Source of the DNA: Gracilinanus agilis
Taxonomy: Eukaryota
Assembly (NCBI RefSeq): GCF_016433145.1
Contig: NC_058135.1
Location: 193,956,742 to 194,020,741, forward strand
Reading direction: 5' to 3'
DNA length: 64,000 nt
Numbering within the stretch: position 1 is the first letter of the stretch; every line of letters starts with the position of its first letter. The position numbers were made by a program, and so were the translations under genes. Of this stretch, positions 37,470 to 51,249 are shown in pieces. The notes below the pieces were generated by a model, which was given only the letters and a program-made list of their open reading frames with translations, was not told the DNA's origin and searched no databases.

Positions 37470-39107
37470 AAGTTTGCTTCCATATATTCTGAACCTGATT
37501 CCTCTGATTAAGTTCTCTATTTTTTAACCAATACCAAAATGTTTTGAGAATTACTGCTTTGTATTATAGTTTAAGATTTGTCATTACTAGATCCCTTTGT
37601 TCCTATTTCTTTTTGTCATCTCCCTTGAGATTCTTGACCTGTTTTGCAACCATATGAATTTTTTTATTTTTTTTCTGGTTCTATAAAGCAATCCTTTGAT
37701 GTATTGATTGGTATAACATTGGATAAGCAAATTAATTTAATTAGTTATTCCATTTTTTACATTGATTCATCCTACTCATGAACAATTAATATTTCCCCCA
37801 AATTTAGGTATTTCTATAAACAGTGGTTTGTAGATGCATTTACATAGTTTTTATGTCTATCTTTGTGTAAACTCCCCTATATTTTATAGTTGTTATGAAT
37901 AGATTTTGTCTTTTCCTCTTTCTGCATTTTATTAGTATCATGTAGAAATGCTGGTGACTTTTGTGGATTTATTTTAAATCCTACTAGTTTGCTGAAGTGA
38001 TTGTTTAAACTGACTTTTAGTTAACTTTTTCAGATTCCTTAAATATGCCATAATATCAGCTGGAAAAAGTAATAATTTTGTTTCTTCTTTACTTATGCTT
38101 ATTTCTTCAATACCTTTTTCTTGTCTTACTGCTATTGTTGGAAATTCTAGTACAGTGTCAAATAGCAGTTAATTTTTAATAGCTTTTTTCAGCAGACCTT
38201 TAATTAAATATAATTTTTATTGCATTGTGGTCAGTGAAGGATATGAATAATATTTTCTGCTTTTCTGCATTGGCTTGTGAGGCTTTAATGTCCTGAGACA
38301 TGATCAGATTTTATTAAGGTTTCAAACACAGCTGAGAAATAAGTATATATCTTTCTATTTCCTTTCAATATTTGCCAGAGACCTATCATATGTGATTCTT
38401 AAAATTTTTTATGTTCTTAAACTTTTTCTTTTCTTTTTTGGTTAGTTTTATCTAGAGTTGATAGGAATAAATTGAGTTCCACCACTATTACTGTTTTACC
38501 ATCTAATTCTCCTTATAATTAATTTAGTTTTTCCTTTAATTATTTAGAAGCTTTGCCATTTGCTACACATATGTCAGGTATTTAAATCAATTCACTGTCT
38601 GTTACATTTCAGCAAAAAATGTAGTTCTCTTTATCTTTTAATTAAGTCTATTTTTGCTACTACTTTCTCCAAAATTGTAATTGCTACCTTTGTTTTTTTG
38701 TGTTGAGGTATAATAGATTTTGCCCACTCCCCATTTTAACTCTGTAAGTCTTATATTTGAAGTGTGTTTCTTGTAAACAACATATTGCTGGATTTTGCTT
38801 AATCCCTTCTGCCAACTTCTTCCATTTGTATATATGAATGCTTCACTTTAACAACTTTGGGAGCTAAATGTTTATTTCTCTTCATCTTATGCTCTTAAAA
38901 CTTTTTCCTCTCTATACTCTCTTCCTATTTATTTCAAGGTATTATCTTTTCTTTTTTCCTTTTAACCTCTTCTAAACTTAAAGTTTGTTTTGCTTCTGGT
39001 TAATTCTTCTCTAAATCTATCCTTCTTCATATATTCTCCCTTCCCTTCTTCTTATTCCTATCTATATCCCTGTTGAGAAGAATGTATTCCTATACAAAAT
39101 ACTCTGT

Positions 39108-39161
<54 letters not shown>

Positions 39162-39420
39162 TGTGTTCTGCCCACATTAGACCAGTTTTGGAGAAAGTGA
39201 AATAAGTGACACTTTCTCCCTCCACCTGTTCCATATTTTTATAAAGTTCTACTTATACATTATGATTATGTGTGTTAACAGATTCCTCTCTCTTTCATCC
39301 CATTTTCTCCTAATATAGCCTTCCAATCCACCCTTCTCTTTCTTTTTTTGTAGCATCTTAAAAACATAACAAAATGATTTATAGGTCCTCTGTCCCAATC
39401 AACAATCTATATGACCCCTT
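37470..39420 (-). mobile_element. Decayed L1 (inter-ORF region plus ORF2 pieces)
   Basis: The reverse of 38760-38830 encodes a PAICCLQETH endonuclease motif; the T-rich plus strand is typical of an antisense L1. Confidence 0.85.
39109..39160. repeat. (TG)n microsatellite inside the L1
   Basis: Read directly from the sequence. Confidence 0.95.
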
Positions 39421-39496
39421 CTAAATTTAGAATTTTGAAAAAAACTTCTTTTTAATACCCCCTTCATAATAATGCAAATTGTTCATCCTTTTAAAA

Positions 39497-42400
39497 TCTC
39501 TGCTGGGAGAAGATGGCAGAATAAGGCAGGAAATTACCTTCTTCTCTCTCCTCTTCCAGTCTCTCTCCTCTAATAACTTAAAATAATGCCTCAAAGTGAA
39601 TTTTAGAGTAGAAGAAATATCTAAAAGTTGGGATAAAGCAGTCATCCTGTCTAAGAAAACTTAAGAGAAAATTAGGAAAGATCTGAACTCTCTGGGTAGT
39701 GGTCCAGCCTGAGAAAAATGCAGATAGCACTAGGCACATACCTCCTAGTCAATAAACAGAAAGCCCTAGGAGTAGCTATGCAAGCTTCAGGAACTTTCAT
39801 CTGATGGTTACACCACCATAGATTGCTACTATGATGATAGAAAAGATCAAGGTTCAAATTCAGAAGAAAGAAATGAAATGAAAACAATTACTTGGAAAGC
39901 TTAAAGGAAAAATGTAAAATGATCATAAGTCCAAAAACAGTTCTTGGAAAAACTTAAAAAAAAACTTTAAAAGTCAAATAAGAGAGATTGAGGAAAAACT
40001 ATCAAAAAAGATAAGAGTAATGCAAGCAAATCAAGAAAATTATGAAAACAAAGTCAAGTAATTGGAAAAAGAGATCCAAAAACTTACTGAAGAAAATAAT
40101 TCCTCAAAAAAGTTAGAATTGGACAAAGAGAAGCTAATGACTTCATAAGTCATTAGGAAAAAATAAAATCAAAAGAATGAAAATAGAAGAGTATGTGAAA
40201 TTTCCCATTAGAAAACAAGTGACCTGGAAAACAGATAAGGAAAAATAGAATTGTTGGATTACATGGAAATTGCTATCAAAAAAAGAGTCTAGGTTGTATA
40301 CTTCAAGAAATTATAAAGAAAAAAATGCCATTGGTACAGCTAGATAGAACAGTGAATAGAGTATTTGGCCTGGAATCTGGAGGACCTGTATTCAAATCTG
40401 ACTTCAAACACTTCCTAACTGTGTTACCTTGGGCAAGTCACTTAATCCCACTTTGCCTAGCCCTTGCCCTTCTGTCTTAGAGTTATTACTAAGACAGAAT
40501 ATAAGGTTTTGTTTTTTTTTTAAAGAAAATTGCTCTGAAGTTTTAGGCCTAGAGGATCAAAAAAGAAAATTTTAAAATCCATCAATCACTGCCTTTAAGA
40601 AACCCCAAAGGAGAAATCATGAGAATGATGTAGCTAAATTTCAGAGCTCTCAGATAAAGGAGAAAATATTATAAGCAATTAGAAAAATTTAAATATTGTG
40701 GTGCTACAATCAGAATAACACAAAATTTAGCAGCTACTACATTAAAAGACCAAAGAGTGTAGAATATTATAGTATGAAGCACAAAGGAGTAGTATTCATC
40801 ATCAAGAATAACTTACCAGCAAAGCTAAGAATTCTTCAAGGGAAAAAGTAAGTATTTAATGAACTAAGGGACTTTAAGGCATTTTTGTGGAACAGATCAG
40901 AACTGAAGAGAAAATTTGCAGAAGAAAATTAGAAGAATTATGAAAAACATAAAAATGTAAACATGAAAGTCTGATTATGAAGGACTTAATAAAGTAAATT
41001 GTTTACTTACATGGGAAAATTATATTTGTAACTATTAAGAATGTCATAATTACTAGGGCAATTGGATCAAGTATACATAGATAAAAACATGGGGTTGAGT
41101 TGATTATGATGGCAGTATCCTAAAAAATTAAAATTAGGTAGGTATGGGTAAAATGAAGAAAATTATGCAAAAGTGGCATGAATGAAATAATAGTTACAAT
41201 GGAAGTAAAGATAGAGGAGAGGTTGGGTAGGGCAGGAACCTTGTTTTCATTGAAATGGAGTTATAAAAAGTATAACACATCTCTAGGATAGAAAGTCTTC
41301 TTAATTTACAGAGAAATAGAAGGGTAAGAGGATAGGATAAAAGAGGGATTCTTAGCAGAGTGTATGGATTAGTGAGGCAGAAGTAAATTAGAATTCTGAG
41401 AAGGGATGAGAGCGAGATAAACAATGAGAAAAAATATGATGCAGGGAAATACACAACTAGTAATTCTAACTTTGAATATGAATAGGATGAACTTGCCCAT
41501 AAAAATGTTAGATATGATAGACCACTGGAAAAAACTGAATGGGAATGGAAAGGAGTATACTTTTTTTCCTCAGCTGTACATGGTACCCTCACAAAAATGA
41601 GTGTTTATTAGGGTATAAAAATCTCACAACCAAATACAAAAAAGCAGAAATATTGAATATATCTTTTTCATACCAAAATGCAATAAAAAGTACATTCAAA
41701 AAAGGGCTATGAACCATAGATTTAAAATTAATTGGAAATTAATCCTAAAGAATGAGTAGGTCAAAGAACAAATCATAGGAACAATCAATAATTTTATTAA
41801 AGAGAATGACAACAAATGACAACAACTTACTGAAACTTATGGGATGCAATCAAAGCAGTACTAGGGAAATTTTATATCTCTAAACACTTACATCAATAAA
41901 ATAGAGAAAGAGAAGATCAATGAATTGGGCAAGCAACTAAAAATTTAGAAAAAGAACAAATTAAAAATCTCCAGTTCAACATCAAATTTGAAATCCTAAA
42001 ATTCAAAGAAGAAATTAATACTGAACTAGTGAATAAAAGTAGGATCTGGATTTATGAAAAAATAAATAATAAAATAGATAAAATATCAGTTCAATATGAT
42101 TAGGAAAAAAAGAAAAAGAAAACCAAATTATCAGAAATAAAATGGGTGAATTCACCACCAACAAAAAGGAAATTAAGACAATTATTTGGTGCTATTTTGC
42201 CTAATTACATGGCAATAAATCTGACAATCCAAGTGAAATGGATGGATGTTTATAAAAATATAAAATGCCAATGTTAACAGAAGAGAAAATGTGTTAAATA
42301 ACTTACTTTTTAAAAGAAAATTAAACAAGTAATCAGTGTGCTCCCTAAGAAAAAGTCTCCATAACCAGATGGATTCACAAGTCAATTCTACCAAAATTTA

Positions 42401-43745
42401 AAGAACAGTTAAAGTCCAATACTATGTAAATTAATTGGGGGTGGGGGAGCAGGGCAGGACACAAAATAAGAGTCCTATCAAATTGCTTTTGTGACTCAAG
42501 TATGGTGTTGATACCTAAACCAGAAAGAACAAAAGCAGAAAAACAAAACTATAGACCAATTTCCTTGATCACTATTCATGCAAATATTTAAAATAAAATA
42601 TTTTTTACTAGAAATGCTAGCTAGAGCAACAAGAGAAGAAAAAGAAATTGAATGAATTAGAATAGGCAATGAAGAAACAAAATTCTCTCTTTTTGCAGAA
42701 GATATGATGGAATACTTAAAGAATCCTAAAGAATCAACTAAAAAAGTAATTGAAATAATCAACAACCTTAGCAAGGTCACAAGATATAAAATAAACTCAG
42801 ACAAACCAACAGAATTTCCATATATTACCAACAAAATCTAGCAGCAAGAGCTAGAAAGAGAAATTCAGACAATATCAAACACCTGGGAGTCTACCTGCCA
42901 AGAAAAAAAACCGGGAACCATATGAACACAATTACAGAACACTTTTCATGCAACTAAAATCAGATCTAAACAACTGAAGAAATATTAATTGCTCACAGGG
43001 AGGCTCAGTCAATACAATAAAAGTGAGAATCCAACTTAAAGTAATGTATTCAGTGCCGTATCAATCAAATTAGCAAAAATTATTTTATAGAGCTAGAAAA
43101 ATATAACAAAATTCATTTGGAAGAACAAAAAAAAGTCAAGTATAACAAAGGAAACCATGAAAAAATATGAAGGAGAGTGGCTTAAAAGTACCAGATCTCA
43201 AATTGTATTATACAGTGATAATTATCACAACAATCTGATACTGGTTAATAAATACAGTAGTGAACCAATGGAATAGATTAGGTATATACAATACACAATA
43301 GTAAATAATCATAATAATCTAGTGTTTTATAACTCTAAAGATCCAAGATTTTAGGGCATGAATTCATTGTTTGACAAAAATTGTTAGGAAAATTGGAAAG
43401 CAATTTGGCAGAAATTAGGCAGAGACCAACATCTCACACTGTATACTGAGAGGAGGTCAAAATAGGTACATGATTTAGACATAAAAGGTGATATCATAAG
43501 TAAATTAGCAGAGCATGAAATATTATACCTGGAAGATATATATGGATAAAGTTAAAATTTATCACCAAATGAGAAATAGAGGGCATTGTGTAACAATAGT
43601 GGTGGCTATAAAGGTCTAAAACAAAGACTTCCTCCCAAAAATAGAGTGAATTTAGTCAAATTTATAGGATTACACATTATTCCTCAAATAGTCAAAGACT
43701 ATGAACATGCAGTGTTAAGAAGAAATCAGAGCTGTTCTATGGATA
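39497..43745 (+). mobile_element. Near-full-length decayed L1 (5'UTR, ORF1, ORF2 with deletions)
   Basis: 5' end gggagaagatggcagaataa; A-rich coiled-coil ORF1; ORF2 remnants LTLNMNRMNLPIK, EYTFFSAVHGTLTK, PDGFTSQFYQ, NYRPISL, KFSLFAEDMMEYLKNPKES; many stops and frameshifts. Confidence 0.92.
40325..40520 (+). mobile_element. SINE inserted into L1 ORF1
   Basis: gcagct-like head, ttcaaatctgac, tail cccttgcccttctgtcttagag...ctaagacagaatataagg. Confidence 0.8.
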
Positions 43746-44419
43746 GCACGAATATACTTGAAGTCAGGAAGGCCCAGGTGAGAATCTGACCTAAAATTTA
43801 AGCAATGTGATCCTAGACAAGTTTTTTAGCCTTTGTTTGCTTCAGTTTTCTCTTATGCAAAATGGGGAGAAGAATAATAACACCTACCTCCCCGGGTTGT
43901 TGTGAGGATAAAATGAAATAATCATAAAGTACTTTACAAATCTTTAAGAGTTGTACAAATGCTAGTTAATATAATTGTAATATTATTATTGTTATTTTCT
44001 TGTTTTAGAGCTCTTATCTTTCTACTGAGATTGTAAACTTCTAAAAGACAAGAATATATTTTATACAGGACCAAGCACATGGACCCAGAGAAGGCATTCA
44101 ATAAGTGCTTTCTGAATTAAGAAGTTATGACGGTTTAAAAAGACTATTCTAGAGGATTTAGAAGACGATTAGGCAAGTGCAAGAAGAGTGGAGAGAACAC
44201 TGACCTATAAGTCAAGAGATTTAAGTTCTTACTAGACCCCTGGTAAGAATGAAAATCATAGAAACTCAGGGACCTCAAAGGACATTTTTCTCTAACTCAT
44301 ACCAAACCAATAATTCCCCCTACAATGTGGCCATTAAACCTCTGCTGGGAAAACTCTTACTACTTTCCTAAGATAGCTCTTCCTCTTTTGCATGGCTTTC
44401 ATTGGGAAAAAAGTATTTT

Positions 44420-45200
44420 TCTTTTATTCACTTTTCATTTATTTTTTTAATTTTTTCTCACATACATGTAAAGGAACTTTTTTAACATTCTTGTTTTAAA
44501 AATTGAGTTATAAATTCTTTCTCTCCTCATCCCTCCCAACTCCTTGAGAAGGCAATTAATTTCACAAGGATTATACAAGTGAAATTATGCAAGACATTTT
44601 CATATTAGACATGTAAAAGAAAACAGGTCAAAAACCAAGAATAATAAAGAAATTTCTTAAAGTATGTTTTTAAACTGCATTTAGACACCATTGCTTCTTT
44701 CAGGTGGGTAGCATTTTTCATCATAAGTCCTTCAGAATTGCTTTGGATCATTCTTTTGCTGAAAATAGCTGTCATTTACAGTTGATTATTATACACTATT
44801 GCTGTTACTGTGTACAATTTTCTCCTGTTTCTGCTCATTTCACAATGCATTAGTTAATATAAGTTTTCCTAGGTTTTTCTGAAAACATCCTACTAAGTCT
44901 TTTCTTATAGCACAATAATTTTCCAACACAGTCATATAACACAACTTGTTCATTCATTCCCCAATTTATGGGCATCTCTTCAATTTCCAATTCTTTACCA
45001 CCACAGAAAGTGCTGCTATAAATATTTGTGTGTATATATAGGGCTCTTTCCTTTTCCTTTTTCTTTGTACCCTTTGGGGGTACAAATCTAGTAACAATAT
45101 TGCTTGATTAAAGGTTATGTACAATTTTATAGTCTTTTAGTTATAGTTCCAAATTGCTCTCCAAAATGGTTGGATAAGTTCACAACCCCACCAACAAAGC
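44420..45200 (-). mobile_element. L1 3' end / 3'UTR fragment
   Basis: cacaacttgttcattcattcccc...tgctgctataaatattt...ttccaaattgctctccaaaatggttgg. Confidence 0.8.
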
Positions 45201-45955
45201 CTTATAGAACAACGAGGTCTTCTTGACTCTGGACCCAGCACTCTATTCACTGCACTGATTGAATTATTATTTTTTTATTAAGTGCTTAGTATGGACCATG
45301 TGTTGTGGATAATGAAGGCAAGTAACAGTAATGCCTACCTGCATTATCCAGTGCATAGCATAGTACTTAGTCCATAGTAGGTACTATGAAAAAAAAATTG
45401 TTTCATACAATCATTTCTTTGCTAAAAGGTACCTTTAAGTGTCTGATTATAGGTGGCCTTGGGCTAGACACCATATCAAAATTTTTTATTATAGTCCCAT
45501 ATCTCTTTTGGTTGGTAATCTGAGACAAAACATAAACAATGCAAAAAGATAGACTATATAAAATTTTCAGTGAAAACACAGTCTTAAGTATATTCAGTAA
45601 AATCTAATTTAGATCCCACTAATTCTGGATTGGTGATCATTTAGATTTAGGCTGAAATGAAATTTCTCTTCATTTTATCTGGGTAGAATGAAGCACTAGC
45701 TAAGCAAGTTACTAACATTTTTAAAAATTAGATTAGAGGAATGTTTAGCTTACTTAAGAAATTAAAAAACTTTGTACCCACTGTTAAGAAACACTTTTAG
45801 CAGCACTCAATTTTTATACCCCATTGTGGTAAAGAGGTGACCCTGGGTTCTCAAATATTATGTTTGTGGAGTACAAACAGATCTTACCCAATTGGAAAGG
45901 CTTTGGGTTTTAGCTAGGTATAGTCTATGGGTCTGTTTTCTGAAGACCCACCTAC

Positions 45956-46086
45956 CTGAATTCATGGGGACTGGACATGAGGTTGGCTGATGTACTTCTG
46001 TTGGATCAGAATAATAGAGGGTTTTTGTGTTATTTATATTGAAAGAGATGTGACCCTCACCATCAAACTCATGGATTCTTAGGACA
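45956..46086 (-). CDS. Candidate 131-nt exon (phase 2 to 1)
   Basis: Acceptor ctttttgttatacttcag|T, donor CAG|gtaggt (alternative TGG|gtaaga at 45888); only one frame is open, VLRIHEFDGEGHISF...PVPMNS. Confidence 0.3.
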
Positions 46087-47279
46087 CTGAAGTATAACAA
46101 AAAGCCATTTCTCTTTAAAAATTGACAATATGACTTTATGCTATTCACTCAGGATCCTTACCAAACCTCAGTACAACCTGGATCTTGATGTTCAAAGTGT
46201 ACTTAATAATTAATGATAATAGCCAACAATTATATAGATGTTAAAGTTTGCAAAGCATTTTAAATATTTTGTCTCATTTAAACCTCCCAAAACTATGTGA
46301 GGAAGGTCCCAAAGATTTTATAGTTTCCAATTTACAGCTAAAGTAACTTAACTCAGAACAGTTGCCAGTTTGTCATTTCCCTGTGGCCACACAGCTAAAA
46401 GTAATCTGGGCAGGATTTGAATCTAGGTTATCTCCAAATCATGCCTTCTGGACTCTGGCTTCCTCCAATCTTGAGTCTTTGAATAGAGAACCTTCACCAT
46501 CTGTGGTTGATCTCTCCCACCCTGTATTTGCCATCTATCTCATTCATGTCACCTGCACTCTGGACTTTTCTTCCAATTGGAACTCGAAGCTCTGAGGCTC
46601 TGGTCTCAGCTTGGTAAACTTTCACCTCATCTAACAAGGTCCCCTGCCCTTCTCATCCATCCCTAACCCACATTGCTTTGTGAGTAACCTTTCTGAATTT
46701 TGCCCTTTACTTGCCCTTTAATATTATCTTCCTCTGTTAGAATTTAAGTTCCTTGAGAAGAGAGAGCAGAAATCTTGCTAGCTTGGTTTTGTATCGCCAG
46801 AACTCAGCCCAGGACCTGAATGGCTCTTAATGAACGCCTTTTCATGGATTTCATGGATTCATTCATTTCTGACTCCAAGTCTGGCACTCTTTCCACACTG
46901 CCTCAGACACAAGATGCCCCAGGACATTAATGGAATAAAATTAGGAATCTCTTGAATAGGAAGGTTTCACAGAAAATGGGATTTTAGCAGTTGTTAAATG
47001 ATAGAAAAATGAAAAAAAAAAATTGGGGACTGGAAAAGGAAGTTGCCAGCATTCAGCTTGGAAGAAGATGATGATGGTGTGTGAAGTCAGAAAACCTGAG
47101 TTCAAATCCTAGCTCTACTTCTTATTCCTTATGCAATTTTGTAGAAGTCATTTCTTTCTAGGTCTGTTTCCTCTCTTGTAAAATGATGATAGAGTTAGAT
47201 TAGATGATCATTAAGATTTCTTTCAATTGAAAATCCTATGAGCCTTTTACCAAAGGCGCAGGAAGATCAAACAAATAAA

Positions 47280-47740
47280 CCACTTGATGTGTTTCAGGGA
47301 GAGCAAAGGGGAAATTCAACTAAATTTCCAGACAAGTAGAGCTCTTATTCTGAAAAATATCCTAGACTCCTTGGAAGAGACTTCTTTTTATTTCAAGTTT
47401 CCAATGGACAAGGTTGGCAATGGCCCAGAAAGATCTCAAGGGCAATATTTTAGGGTGTTTCAGTTTACAAGGATGATGGAAATTGGCAGAAGTCTCTGCT
47501 GGACTTTGTACAACACCTAACCATTGTACTCATGAGTCTTGCTAGTGTGATTTTAAACACCCATAAAATCAAGTCTTATTGATTGAAAAAACATAATAGC
47601 TACTTGGAAGAGGTCCTTGTTTCTGTGCAAATCAAGTATACACAATGTTCTAGCTATAGACAATTGACCCAGGAGTCCTTTGGGGATGATACAGGATAAA
47701 ACATAAACATGTCTACAGAGCTTCTTTAAATGAAGCATTA
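47280..47740 (+). mobile_element. Highly decayed L1-clade reverse transcriptase remnant
   Basis: Frameshifted peptides LLDFVQHLTIVLMSLASVI and ESFGDDTG*NINMS resemble the L1 RT motifs LSPLLFNIVLEVLA and FSKVSGYKINV. Confidence 0.45.
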
Positions 47741-48756
47741 CTGCCTATAAGTCAGGTCAGTCTTTCAGACTTTTCTAATTCTGGCATGGTAGCTATTAGC
47801 TGTGTCCAAGATCAAATTAATATCATCTTTGTTGAGATGGAGAAATGCTTGTGGGGTTTTCCTCTTGCAATTTCTTTGAGATTTATTTCCTTTTGTAATG
47901 ATCATTACTTGATTGACTTAGACACATTAGACTATGAGCTCCTTGAGAGCAAAAACTGATTTTTACTTTGGTTTTGTTTTTGCCTTTCTCTCTATCCCCA
48001 GAGCTGTATTAACCAGTGCCTGGCACTTAGTAGGCAGTAAATATAGTTGAATGACAAATGATATATTAATTATTTAATGACATTAATAAAAATAAAATTA
48101 ATTTAAATAATTAAAAAGGAAGGACTATAGGAAATATACACAGATGTTACTAGATTGAAAAAATGAACTAGACTCAATCTTGAGCACCACTGAAATCAGA
48201 AGACATGGGTTCAAATCCTACCTCTCAATCTTACTATTTGTATGACCTTTGGTTAATTAGTTTCCTAGAACATTAGGCTCCTCATTCATAAAATGAAGGT
48301 GTTGGCCCTGATGGCCTTTCTAGTCCTTTCTAGCTCAAGATTTTTGATCATATGGCCCCAAGTTTCCATCCAAATAATCAGTAAAACAGTGTGATGACAG
48401 AATCATTACTTTGAGCTGAGAAATACACTTAAAGTTACACAAAACTCCCCAAAATAAGAATCTGCAGTCCTAGATGGTTTACAAATGGAGACTCAAAGGG
48501 AATGGATAAAGTGACTTGAAGTCAATTAGATTTGGGTTCAAATTTAAACCCCGATATTTACTAATTATTCAATCATAGGTATATTAACTTTTTTAAAAAA
48601 CCTCAGTTTATAAAATGGGGATAATTCCAGTGGTGTATAATTTGAAGAACTGTTGGGAAGTTCAAATGAGATTATATACACAAGTGTGTATGTACTATGT
48701 GTATATGAATATAGGTATAAATAAAGCAGTTTATACATTTTAAAATGATAAGTAAG

Positions 48757-48936
48757 GGGGCAGCTGGGTAGCTCAGTGGAGTGAGAGTCAGGCCTAGAGA
48801 CAGGAGGTCCTAGGTTCAAACCCGGCCTCAGCCACTTCCCAGCTATGTGACCCTGGGCAGGTCACTTGACCCCCATTGCCCACCCTTACCATTTTTCCAC
48901 CTATGAGACAATACACCGAAGTACAAGGGTTTTAAA
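48757..48936 (+). mobile_element. Young SINE1_Mdo-like copy
   Basis: Near-identical to 6357-6540; TSD aaaatgataagtaag at 48742-48756 and 48937-48951. Confidence 0.93.
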
Positions 48937-50135
48937 AAAATGATAAGTAAGCATCAACTATTATTATTACAAAGTTTTTGTTATTATTTTTCCCATAACT
49001 ACCTCCTGATGAGGTATGTGGTACAAATGATAATACCTTCTTATTATAGAAAAGGAAATAGAGTAAAATGTCCATAGTCACACGACTAATAAATGATAAA
49101 GATAAGACTCAGATTCACAGAGTTCTATATCCACGGGAAATCAGAGGGAACAACCTAGGCAGAAATTGTTCTACTTAGATTGGGGACAGGACAGAGATCG
49201 TGATTAATGCCTATTAGTACACTATTCCATGTAACCCTCTTAAGGCCCCCTCCCTGTGGTTTATGACAGCCAAAAAACAAAGCTACGCAGTAAGAGAGCC
49301 ACTAAAAACCCAATTCTCAACAACCTAAGGAAACAAAAAGTGATTTCATTGAGCTTTATTCAAAGTTTTCTTTCATGTTATCAAAAGCAATCAAATATCA
49401 GCAAATCTTATAGAAAAGAATAAATAGATGTAGAGTTATGAATGGAAACCAATTCATCAAACATTTATTAACTACCAATAATTGGCTCTGTACTAGGAAA
49501 GATGCCATTTGAAAATGAAATACTCCCTGTCTTCAGGAAGCTTCTGTTCTGCCGGGATGACGCAGTACGTGCACAGAGAAGTAAATACAAGTTAGTCTGA
49601 GAAGAGAGAGAGCACCAATGACTCAAGGATCCAGGAGGACTTCATCTCAGCACTGCCACCTGGACTAAAGCTAAAGGAAAACTTGAGATTAATTCCGAGA
49701 TGGAAAAGAAGTACGTTGGACACACAACTGAAAGCTACGGAGAGAAGAGACAGAATGTCAAATTTGATAAATAACTCAGTAGGTAAGTTTGGCTAGCATG
49801 GAGAGTTCAGGAATGCAGGTAGTCTAAAATAAGGCTGAGAAGATGGAGGGGCAGATTGATGAGAGCTTTAAATGCTAGGGTAAGAAGTTTGCATATTATC
49901 TCTGAGGCAAAGAAAAGGTGACAACCCATTATACTTATACAAATGAACTAGGAACAAAAACATCTGCCTTTTTTACCAAATAAAATTATTCCATCCCAGA
50001 TACAATTTCAGATATAATTGAAAGTCAAACATCTGGGTTTTTATAGTATTGCAGCCTCTCAGTGTAACCTTGGGCAAATTGCTTCTTGTTTCTGGCCTTC
50101 ATCCTCTTCAACAGTAAAATTAGAATGGACTAGAT

Positions 50136-51209
50136 GAGTGGTTTTCAGAGTTTAGTCCTCAAACCCCTGGAGTTTGCAAGGGGTCTCCAAGGTTAAATCT
50201 ATTTTCATAAAAATATTAAGAAATTAGATGCCTATTAAGACATACTTCCATTTTCCAACCACATATCTGTGTAGTCAACCAAAATAACAGATTGAATACA
50301 GAAGCAGATATGAGAATCTTGTCATTTATTTAGCTAGATGTTAAAGATTTTCAAGACTTTATAAAATATGGGAGGTCCTGCGTTCAAATTTGGCCTCAGA
50401 TACTTCCTCGTTATGAGACCTTGAGCAAGTCACTTAATCCCCATTCCCTAGCCCCTACCACTCTTCTGCCTTGGAACCAATATTTAGTATTGATTCCAAG
50501 ACAGAAGGTAAAGATTTAAAAAAAATAAGTAAAATAATGGCACTCTGTGTTTTTGTACTTTGGAAAATACAATTTTTTTTAAACCCATACCTTCCGTCTT
50601 GGAGTAAATACTGTGTATTGGCTCCAAGGCAGATAAGGGTAGGCAGTGGGGGTCAAGTGACTTGCCCAGGGTCACACAGCTGGGAAGTGTTTGAGGCCAG
50701 ATTTGAACCTAGGACCTCCCCTCTCTAGGCCTGACTCTCAATCCACTGAGCTACCTAGCTGCCCCCAATACAATTATTTTTTATTTAAAATGTTACTTAT
50801 CTATACATGCATTAGATTCATTGCTATTTTAATCAACAAATATTTTATAATATGTCAGTTTTAGTTTTTGATGTGGTAAATATTGATAGATATAACCTAC
50901 ATTAATAAGAGCTTTTTGGCATTCCAAATAATTTTTAAGAGCGGGAAGGGACCTTGAGACCAAAAAGGTTTTGTTTGGGATTTTTTAAAACTCTTACCTT
51001 GTATCTTAGAATTGATACTAAATATTAATTCCAAGGCAAAAGAGCAGTAAGGGCTAGGCAGTTGGGATTAAGTGATTTGTCCAGGGTCACACAGCTAAGA
51101 AGTGTCTATAGTCAAATTTGAACCCAGGACTTCCTGTCTTCAGACCTAATTCTCTATCCACTGAGCCATCTAACTGACCCTAACACCAAAAAAATTTTGA
51201 GAACTGCTG
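50136..51209. mobile_element. Charlie-like hAT element carrying three SINE insertions
   Basis: Degenerate TIRs gagtggttttcaga and ttttgagaactgctg; internal aacagattgaatacagaagcagatatgagaatc and ggtaaatattgatagatataacc Charlie motifs; SINEs at 50370-50525(+), 50575-50765(-) and 50981-51180(-). Confidence 0.8.
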
Positions 51210-51249
51210 GATTTAATTTTCTTACACCCACAGGATTTATTAACAAATT

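Noticed and set aside
46040-46075. EF-hand-like DGEGHISF motif
   Set aside because: Loop positions 1 and 12 do not fit and there are no flanking helices.
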